40,693 nucleotides of DNA, taken from contig JASIBA010000040.1 in the NCBI GenBank assembly GCA_030041735.1, positions 1 through 40,693 on the forward strand, read 5' to 3'. The DNA comes from Thermoplasmata archaeon (lineage in GTDB: Archaea; Thermoplasmatota; Thermoplasmata; Lutacidiplasmatales; UBA184). The notes under the pieces are model-generated. The model did not search any database. It saw nothing but the letters and a program-made list of their open reading frames with translations, and had not been told where the DNA came from. Each line of letters begins with the position of its first letter. The first letter of the stretch is position 1. This document shows positions 34,077 to 40,693 of the stretch, piece after piece. Made by a program: the position numbers and the translations under genes.

Positions 34077-35372
34077 ATGAGCGCACCATCGACCGGAGAA
34101 ACGACGCCGCCGCAGACCGAACAGCTCTCGAGCCCGGCTCGCAAGCGATCGAGCACCGTGGGCGTGGGCGTGGCGATCGCCCTCGCCGTGGTCCTGCTGA
34201 TCGTGGGCATCGCCGTGGGCTACGTGATCTACCCTGCGGCCAACCCCAGCAAGTCGACCACGACCACGAAGGCCTCCCTGACCGAGACCGGCTCCAGCCT
34301 GTTCTACCCTCTGATGACCCGCTGGGCCGCCAACTACACCGCGGCGACGATCTCCGCGGCGTCGACCGGTAGCGGTACCGGTCAGGCGAGCGCCATCCTG
34401 AACCTCGTGAACATGGGGGCCTCGGACGGCTACCTCACGAACGCGAGCTCGGACAACGTGGCGAACTTCCCCGCCGCCATCAGCGCCCAGCTGATCTTCT
34501 ACAACATCCCCGGCTTCACGGGGCACCTCAACCTGAACGGGACCCTGCTCGCCGAGATCTACACCGGCGCCATCACGACGTGGAACGACCCGGCCATCGC
34601 GGCCGCGAACCCGGGCGTGACGCTCCCCTCGAACGCGATCGTGCCCTACGCGCGCGCGGACTCGAGCGGCGACACGTTCCTGTTCAAGTCGTATCTGTAC
34701 ATGTCGTCGAGTGCCACGATCTGGCCCTACGGCGCGCCGTCCACGGCGTCCTTCGTGACGGAGGATAAGTACGTGACGGGCGCGACCGGCAACTCGGGCA
34801 TGGTCTCGGGGATCGCCGCGACGAAGTACTCGATCGGGTACGTCGGGATCAGCTACATGGCGACCGCGGTCGCGGACGGCCTGCAGTACGCGGCGCTCGG
34901 CGACAACGCGTCGATCGCGAACGGAGTGCCCGCGGGCAGCTACAACCCGTACATCCTGCCCACCGGCGGCGCCTCGGGGACGATCGCGCAGGACGCGAAC
35001 CTCGGCCTGGCGCAGCTCGACTACGCGACCTACGGGATGGCGGTCAGCCTGATCCTCGGCGGCAGCTGGGCGGGCGCGGTCAACCTGATCCAGGGCGGCG
35101 GCGGGTCGAACCCGACCGCGACCAGCGCCACGCCCTACCCGCTGGTCAACCTGGAGTACCTGATCATCAAGCTCGCCCCGACGTCGGGCACCCAGGTCAG
35201 CGCGTCGAACCTCGCGGCGACCGTGACGTTCCTCCAGTGGGCGATCACGACCGGGAACTGGGCCGCCGGCAGCACCCCCTCGGCGTGGATCAGCCAGGTC
35301 GGCTTCCTACCGATCACCGCCGCGGTCGCGGGCTATGACACCCAGATCCTCGCGTCGGTGTCGACGTCGTAG
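34077..35372 (+). CDS. pstS: Phosphate ABC transporter substrate-binding protein
   Basis: TM anchor, ETGSSLFYPL, STGSGTG, GASD, ITTWND, RADSSGDT. SD-like aggtga before ATG 34077. Confidence 0.92.
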   Translation: MSAPSTGETTPPQTEQLSSPARKRSSTVGVGVAIALAVVLLIVGIAVGYVIYPAANPSKSTTTTKASLTETGSSLFYPLMTRWAANYTAATISAASTGSGTGQASAILNLVNMGASDGYLTNASSDNVANFPAAISAQLIFYNIPGFTGHLNLNGTLLAEIYTGAITTWNDPAIAAANPGVTLPSNAIVPYARADSSGDTFLFKSYLYMSSSATIWPYGAPSTASFVTEDKYVTGATGNSGMVSGIAATKYSIGYVGISYMATAVADGLQYAALGDNASIANGVPAGSYNPYILPTGGASGTIAQDANLGLAQLDYATYGMAVSLILGGSWAGAVNLIQGGGGSNPTATSATPYPLVNLEYLIIKLAPTSGTQVSASNLAATVTFLQWAITTGNWAAGSTPSAWISQVGFLPITAAVAGYDTQILASVSTS

Positions 35373-35399
35373 GCGAGGAAATCGAGTCGAAGGTACCCC

Positions 35400-36410
35400 G
35401 TGAGCCCGACCCCGGCCGATTCGGACACCGGCCGGGAACCCCTTCCAGCTCCCGCCCCGGTAGCGGCGGATGAGAGTCCGGGCGGGACCCCGACCAAGAC
35501 GTGGATCGGCCGGATCGTCCCCTTCATCCCAGCGCTGATCCCCGCCGCGATCATCGCGGCGATCGCCTGGACCCTGCTCAATGCGAGCGGCTTCTACAAC
35601 TTCGGTTGGGGGTTCTGGCTGCCCGCGAGCGCGACCAACCAGTACGGCGTCCTCGTCGAGATCGTCGGTTCGTTCCTGACCGCGGTGCCGGCGCTCTTCC
35701 TCTCGATGGTGTTGGGGCTCGGGATCGCGATCGCCTCGACCGTCTACCTGCCGCGCTTCATCACCCGCTTCCTCGACCCGTTCGTCGACCTCCTCGCGGG
35801 GATCCCCAGCGTCGTCTACGGGATCTGGGCCTTCGTCGTCATCGCGCCGATCTTCGGGACGATCATCAACCCCTGGGCCGTCGCCCACCTCTCGTTCATC
35901 CCCGGATTCGCGCCCAGCACCATTCCCCCCTCGCCCACGACCGCGGGCACCGGACTCCCGCTCGCCATCATGGTCCTCACGTTGATGGCGCTCCCGATCA
36001 CGACCCTCCTGATCCGGGACGCGCTCCGATCGATCCCCCGGGACCTGTGGGAGAGCGGCCTCGCTCTCGGCGCGACCCGCTGGGAGGTCATGCGCCGCGT
36101 GGGTCTTCGGCACGGCAGTCGCGGCATCCTCAGCGCGGCATTCCTGGGATTCGGACGAGCCATCGGTGAGACCGTGGCGGTCGCGATGGTCATCGGCCTC
36201 GACGGTCGGTTCCCCGTGAACGTGTACGACGTCACCGACACGATGGCGGCCTACATGTTCGAGAGCCTCGACGCCGCCTTCTCGCACCCGATCCTGCTGA
36301 AGAATCTCGCCGAACTGGCCCTCGTCCTCCTCGCCATCACGTTCGTCGTCAACTTGGTCGGGCGCCGGCTGGTGTCGCACATCTACGCCGAGGAGGTGCC
36401 GGGCATCTAG
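35400..36410 (+). CDS. pstC: Phosphate ABC transporter permease
   Basis: DLLAGIPSVVYG, ESGLALGATRWE, GRAIGETVAV. Confidence 0.92.
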   Translation: MSPTPADSDTGREPLPAPAPVAADESPGGTPTKTWIGRIVPFIPALIPAAIIAAIAWTLLNASGFYNFGWGFWLPASATNQYGVLVEIVGSFLTAVPALFLSMVLGLGIAIASTVYLPRFITRFLDPFVDLLAGIPSVVYGIWAFVVIAPIFGTIINPWAVAHLSFIPGFAPSTIPPSPTTAGTGLPLAIMVLTLMALPITTLLIRDALRSIPRDLWESGLALGATRWEVMRRVGLRHGSRGILSAAFLGFGRAIGETVAVAMVIGLDGRFPVNVYDVTDTMAAYMFESLDAAFSHPILLKNLAELALVLLAITFVVNLVGRRLVSHIYAEEVPGI

Positions 36411-36418
36411 CCCCGATC

Positions 36419-37348
36419 ATGGCAACCGCGAACGCCACGCTCCCCTCGGATGCGCTGCTCGACCCGGCAGACGACCTCCGGCGGGGGAACACCGCTCGGC
36501 TGCGCTGGCGCACCGGGTTCGATCGTTGGGTCGGCTACCTGCTTCCGTTCCTGTTCCTGGTGGCGCTGATCCCGATCGCGGACGTGATCTATTTCGTCGG
36601 CTCGAAGGCCCTCCCGACCCTCACCTTCGGGGTGCTGCTCAGCCAGAACAACTACCAGAGCTACAACGCGCTCGGAGTCCCGCTCATCTCCACGTTCGAG
36701 ATCCTCGCGCTGGCCACCGCGATCGCGCTCGCCCTGGGGCTCTTCGGTGGGATTGCCACGGCCGAGTTCCTCTCCGACGAGGCCGCCGGCTGGGTCCGGA
36801 TGAGCGCCAACCTCCTCGCGGGGATGCCGTCGGTGATCGTCGGGTACTTCGGCTACTTCGCGTTCGTCCTCTACTTCGGCTGGGGGCTCGCGGTGATCGC
36901 GGGCGCCTTCACCCTATCGTTCTTCATGATCCCCTACATCTTCCGCACGGTGGACCTCGCGTTCTCTTCGGTCCCCCGTCCGATCCGCGAGGCGGCCTAC
37001 GGATCGGGGGCCGGGCCCGCCCAGTACATCGTTCGGGTCGGTACTCCCATCGCGTTCCCGCAGATTCTCACGGGCGTCTTCCTCGCGATGGCGATCGGCC
37101 TCGGCGAGACGGCGCCGATCATCCTGACGGTCGCCGCGAACGTCGCGGTGCCGGCGAACCTCTTCCAGGGCGCGACCTACCTGACCTACCTCATCTGGAC
37201 CGGCTACCAGTTCCCGGCGGGCTCCGTGGCGCTCACGCTGGCATTCGAGTCGGCGTTCCTCATCGTCATCATCGTGATCGGTCTGAACATCGTCGTACGC
37301 ATTATCTCCGCGCGCTATCGGAAGCGGCTGGAGGGCCTCTACCAATGA
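36419..37348 (+). CDS. pstA: Phosphate ABC transporter permease
   Basis: LAGMPSVIVG, VPRPIREAAYGSGA, GLGETAP. Confidence 0.92.
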   Translation: MATANATLPSDALLDPADDLRRGNTARLRWRTGFDRWVGYLLPFLFLVALIPIADVIYFVGSKALPTLTFGVLLSQNNYQSYNALGVPLISTFEILALATAIALALGLFGGIATAEFLSDEAAGWVRMSANLLAGMPSVIVGYFGYFAFVLYFGWGLAVIAGAFTLSFFMIPYIFRTVDLAFSSVPRPIREAAYGSGAGPAQYIVRVGTPIAFPQILTGVFLAMAIGLGETAPIILTVAANVAVPANLFQGATYLTYLIWTGYQFPAGSVALTLAFESAFLIVIIVIGLNIVVRIISARYRKRLEGLYQ

Positions 37349-38151
37349 CCGCGACCCCGATCCTCGCCTCGGCGGCGCCTCCCGACGGCGCGCCGGTGAT
37401 CCAGGTCCAGAAGCTGTCGGTCCTGGCCAAGAAGCGGAAGCAGGAGAAGAAGATCCTCGACGGCGTCCAGCTGGACTTCGCGCCGCGCAGCCTCACCGCC
37501 GTGATTGGGGCCTCCGGGTGCGGCAAGACGACGTTCGTGCGCACGCTCAACCGGATGGTGGAGCTGACGCCCGGCCTCCGCGTCTCAGGGCAGGTCCTCT
37601 ACCTCGGCCAGAACATCTACGACCGCTCGATCAATCCGGTCCTCGTCCGGCGCCGCATCGGCATGGTCTTCCAGCGGCCGACCGTGTTCCCCATGTCGGT
37701 CTTCGAGAACGCGGCGTTCGGGCTTCGCCTGCTGCACGAGCCGGACGACGAGATCGACTCCGCGGTCCAGGAGGCCCTCACACGGTCCGGGCTCTGGGAC
37801 GAGGTCAAGGACGATCTGGACCGTTCGGCGTTCGGCCTCTCGGGTGGCCAGCAGCAGCGCCTGTGCATCGCGCGGGCCCTCGCGGTGCGTCCCCGCGTCC
37901 TCCTGATGGACGAGCCGACGAGCGCCCTCGACCCCATGGCGACGCAGCGGGTCGAGGCGACCATGCGCCGCCTCAAGGAGGAGATCGTGCTCATCCTGGT
38001 CACGCACAATGTGGGCCAGGCAGCGCGGGTCTCCGATCGGGTCGCTTTCCTTCACCAGGGCCATCTCATCGAGACCGGCCCCACCGCCGAGATCCTCGAG
38101 CGACCGCGCGAGACCTTGACGCAGCAATTCGTCTCCGGACACTTCGCATGA
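37345..38151 (+). CDS. pstB: Phosphate ABC transporter ATPase
   Basis: GASGCGKT, LNRM, MVFQRP, LSGGQQQRLCIARALA, LMDEPTSALDP. Confidence 0.95.
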   Translation: MTATPILASAAPPDGAPVIQVQKLSVLAKKRKQEKKILDGVQLDFAPRSLTAVIGASGCGKTTFVRTLNRMVELTPGLRVSGQVLYLGQNIYDRSINPVLVRRRIGMVFQRPTVFPMSVFENAAFGLRLLHEPDDEIDSAVQEALTRSGLWDEVKDDLDRSAFGLSGGQQQRLCIARALAVRPRVLLMDEPTSALDPMATQRVEATMRRLKEEIVLILVTHNVGQAARVSDRVAFLHQGHLIETGPTAEILERPRETLTQQFVSGHFA

Positions 38152-38885
38152 ACGCAGGAAACTCTGAACCGAAGGTGCGCACGCCGGATCCGACCGACCC
38201 GACCGACACCCTGAAGCAACATGTCGCTGGGATGTCCGACCTCGCAGTCGGGATGGTGCAGGACGGCACACGCGCCCTGCTCACGAACGACAAGGCGCTC
38301 GCCGACAGCGTCGTCTCGCGCGACGTGCCCCTCGACCGCTTCGACGTCGCCATCGAGACCGAGTCGATGCGCCTCATCGCAACGATGCAGCCCGAGGCCG
38401 AGGATCTCCGCACGATCGGCGCGGTGATCAAGATCGCGAACTGCATCGACCGGGTAGGTCGACTCGGCTTCGACCTCGCGAAGAACCTCACATCGGCGCC
38501 CGAGACCGCGGACGGAACACCCTCCGACGTCCTCCGGAAGATGGAGGAGAAGGGCCGGGCGATGGTGCGTCAGTCGATCGAGGCGTTCCTCACCGACAAC
38601 GCGCCGTTGGCGAAGGAGGTCTTCGCCCTGGACGATGACGTCGACGACCTCTATGAGTCCCTGGAAACGAGCATCTTCAAGCAGCTGCAGAAGGGCGGCC
38701 CGTCCTCCGAGCGATTGGCCCATTATCTGCTCGCGGGCCGCCATCTCGAACGCGTCGCGGACAATGCCTGCAAGATTGCCGAGAAGGCCGTCTACGCGAT
38801 CACCGGAGAACGGCGGCCGGAGTATTTCCCGGCGCTTGCCCACCGGGCGACGACCGGCGTCCGGCCCGCGGGGCACACGCACTGA
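38148..38885 (+). CDS. phoU: Phosphate signalling protein PhoU
   Basis: QPEAEDLR, IDRVG, DDDVDDLY, HLERVADNACKIAE. ATGA overlap with pstB. Confidence 0.92.
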   Translation: MNAGNSEPKVRTPDPTDPTDTLKQHVAGMSDLAVGMVQDGTRALLTNDKALADSVVSRDVPLDRFDVAIETESMRLIATMQPEAEDLRTIGAVIKIANCIDRVGRLGFDLAKNLTSAPETADGTPSDVLRKMEEKGRAMVRQSIEAFLTDNAPLAKEVFALDDDVDDLYESLETSIFKQLQKGGPSSERLAHYLLAGRHLERVADNACKIAEKAVYAITGERRPEYFPALAHRATTGVRPAGHTH

Positions 38886-38942
38886 TCGTCCCCCCGCGCC
38901 CGAACCTTCATTACTGACCTAGGGCCGTCGGGAGTCCACCGC

Positions 38943-39017
38943 GCTCCCGTAGTCTAGTCCGGTCAAGGATTCGGCGCCTTCGACGCCGTAACGTGGGTTC
39001 AAATCCCGCCGGGAGCA
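38943..39017 (+). tRNA. tRNA-Glu (anticodon UUC), no encoded CCA
   Basis: Acceptor stem GCTCCCG/CGGGAGC+A, D-stem GTCT/GGAT, anticodon arm CGGCG-CCTTCGA-CGCCG, T-arm GTGGG-TTCAAAT-CCCGC. Confidence 0.88.
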
Positions 39018-39232
39018 CCCACTTCCCTCGTCCTGTCAGGGGGCGTCGGGTCTGGCGCACTTCGCCTCTCGGGCGGGTGGGTGCAATAGCGATTTCGACT
39101 CCGGTGCCACGCATCCGGAGACGCCGTGGGCCGGAGCGTGGTGCTTGCAGGCCGAGCCGGAATTGGGCACTCGGTCGAGGCCAGCCGAAGTCGGCTGCGG
39201 GATGGAGTGTCAGAAGCCGGAATCGAGGGCGC

Positions 39233-39793
39233 TCAGCCCACCAGCTCGATGTTCGTGACGTAGGCGAGGTAAGAGGTCAGTTCCGTCACGATCGTGTTGG
39301 GATTCAGGAACACCACGTCCCAGGAATCCGGAGTCACCGGGATGGACAGTTGAAACTCGGCATAGTTGCCCAGATTCGAGGATGTCCACGCGTAACCGGA
39401 AATGTTGCCGTAGATCGCGAGGTGCTGGAGCTCTTCGGGGGTCATGAGATAGATCACAAGTCCCCCCGCCTCGTAGATCGTCCCGTTGACCGACCCGTCC
39501 GACTTGGTAACGAACGTAATCGCATTGTACTGACCCGGGCTAATCGTGTAATTCGCGCCAGAGGGCTCGAGCAGTGTGCCCGACCCCCCTCCCGACGTAT
39601 GGGACGCGTTGTGGATCGCGTACACCGCCACGCCTGCGACCACGACCACGATGACGATCCCCACGATGAGGAACGGCCACCCGCGTCGCCGGCTCGCGGG
39701 AGGACTTGTCGGAGCCGGCTCGGCGGCGTGTGGAGGAGGAGTATCGTCCTGCGACGATCCAGTTTCCACTCCGAGAGACCCGGCCCCCGACAT
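39233..39793 (-). CDS. Hypothetical membrane-anchored beta-rich protein
   Basis: RRRGW + TM (FLIVGIVIVVVVAGVAVYA) + an extracellular domain with several N-x-S/T sequons. Lower GC than the flanks. Confidence 0.75.
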   Translation of the reverse strand: MSGAGSLGVETGSSQDDTPPPHAAEPAPTSPPASRRRGWPFLIVGIVIVVVVAGVAVYAIHNASHTSGGGSGTLLEPSGANYTISPGQYNAITFVTKSDGSVNGTIYEAGGLVIYLMTPEELQHLAIYGNISGYAWTSSNLGNYAEFQLSIPVTPDSWDVVFLNPNTIVTELTSYLAYVTNIELVG

Positions 39794-39973
39794 CCGTGGG
39801 TTTGCACAGCCCGCTGCTAATCAACGTTGCCGAACAATTTCTCGGGAGACCATAGAGTCAGACGAAGTCATTCGTAGAGTCTTGAGTCAACGGAAACTTC
39901 GTAGCATAGGCCTACGGTTTCTATTTATTTTGTCTTTAAGGTTACATAATGCCTCGGAATCCCGGTGCAAGTG

Positions 39974-40693
39974 GTGGAAGGACGGAAGCTTCAGTTGGCC
40001 GGCGGCTCGACGTATCTCGTGTCGCTGCCGAAGCGTTGGGTGCTAGATGCCGGGCTGAAACCCGGTGACACCCTCTTTGTCGACTCGGAAGCCGACGGCT
40101 CGGTTTCGGTGCGTCACAAGCAGGAGGATCGACCGCCCGCACGGAAGAAGGTCTTCGAGGAGAAGGGGGAGGAAGCGCGCGAGCACCTCTTGCGCAAGCT
40201 GATCGGGGCGTACATCTCGGGATTCGGCCTGATCGAGATCCACTTCGCGGCCGACAAGGGACCCTTCGTCCGCCGCGTCGCTCGCGACTTCTGCCGTCTC
40301 GTCATCGGGCCCGAGGTTATCGAGGAGAACCGCAACTCCCTGCTGATTCAGGACCTGTCGGACCCGTCTGAGTTGAGCGCGGAGAAGTGTCTCCGCCGGA
40401 TGCACCTCATCGTTCGAGCGATGCTCGAAGACTCGATCCTCGCTCTCCAGAACGGGAACTCCGCTCTCGCGCACGACGTCGAGCTGCGAGACCAGGATGT
40501 GGACCGCCTCTACTGGATGGTCGCGAAGCGTTACATCGCTCCCGGGCAGGCGCCGCCCAGCGCCAACGGGCACCCTCCGGCCGCGATTCACGCGCACCAG
40601 CTCGTGGCGAAGCTGCTCGAACGCATCGGGGACCACGCGGTCCGCATCGCCGGGACATACGAGGTGCTGTGTCAGAAGAAAGCGATCGATCCC
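39974..40693 (+). CDS. Archaeal phosphate uptake regulator (AbrB/MazE DNA-binding domain + PhoU domains), runs off the window
   Basis: Not in the track. My translation reads (M)EGRKLQLAGGSTYLVSLPKRWV...GLKPGD...RKLIGAYISGF...RDQDVDRLYW...LERIGDHA. TATA-like ctttaagg at 39934-39941. Alternative GTGs at 39965 and 39971. Confidence 0.9.
   Translation, partial: MEGRKLQLAGGSTYLVSLPKRWVLDAGLKPGDTLFVDSEADGSVSVRHKQEDRPPARKKVFEEKGEEAREHLLRKLIGAYISGFGLIEIHFAADKGPFVRRVARDFCRLVIGPEVIEENRNSLLIQDLSDPSELSAEKCLRRMHLIVRAMLEDSILALQNGNSALAHDVELRDQDVDRLYWMVAKRYIAPGQAPPSANGHPPAAIHAHQLVAKLLERIGDHAVRIAGTYEVLCQKKAIDP

Noticed and set aside
38971..38988. Reading the tRNA as Arg(UCG) or Lys(CUU)
   Set aside because: The 5-bp stem fixes a 7-nt loop centred on TTC, and the D-arm and acceptor look like archaeal tRNA-Glu.
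39085..39140. ttcgactcc as a duplicated tRNA 3' end (att site)
   Set aside because: The T-stem does not pair and the sequence does not match the tRNA-Glu 3' end.
1..40693. CRISPR array, rRNA, IS elements, C/D box sRNAs
   Set aside because: No regularly spaced repeats, rRNA-like tracts, transposase motifs or convincing box C/D pairs were seen by eye.

Overview
GC-rich (about 70% by eye) archaeal chromosomal segment. Archaeal markers are fibrillarin, archaeal-type TruA, an HPS-RraA fusion, an AbrB-PhoU regulator, TATA-type promoters and an archaeal-style tRNA-Glu. A Thermoplasmata host is my inference. Most ORFs in the supplied track are GC-rich shadow frames, and I call about 45 real genes. 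1-20 kb holds accessory, often bacterial-looking stress, redox and transport genes (GNATs, MarR, MDR oxidoreductase, radical SAM, amidohydrolase-MFS-DoxX-MFS, Prx/DsbA, CsoR-CDF, PPK2, SDR, OsmC, DUF885). 28.6-40.7 kb holds an orphan m4C methyltransferase, HPS, acyl-CoA ligase, truA, pstSCAB-phoU, tRNA-Glu and a second PhoU-type regulator. The highlight is a tightly coupled six-gene operon at 21639-28171, directly after fibrillarin. It encodes a heavily N-glycosylated Ig/PKD surface protein with a cytoplasmic winged helix, a VirB2-like pilin, a VirB6-like channel, a PrgI/VirB3-like protein, a 4-TM protein and a VirB4 ATPase. No relaxase, coupling protein, integrase or att sites are visible in the window. 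This looks like a domesticated monoderm-type T4SS in an archaeon, analogous to but architecturally distinct from the crenarchaeal Ced/Ted DNA-import systems. Smaller oddities are a tRNA-Glu with C33, a CsoR lacking two metal ligands, a likely CTG start and a structured pstS leader. All family calls come from motif recognition by eye; no searches were run.
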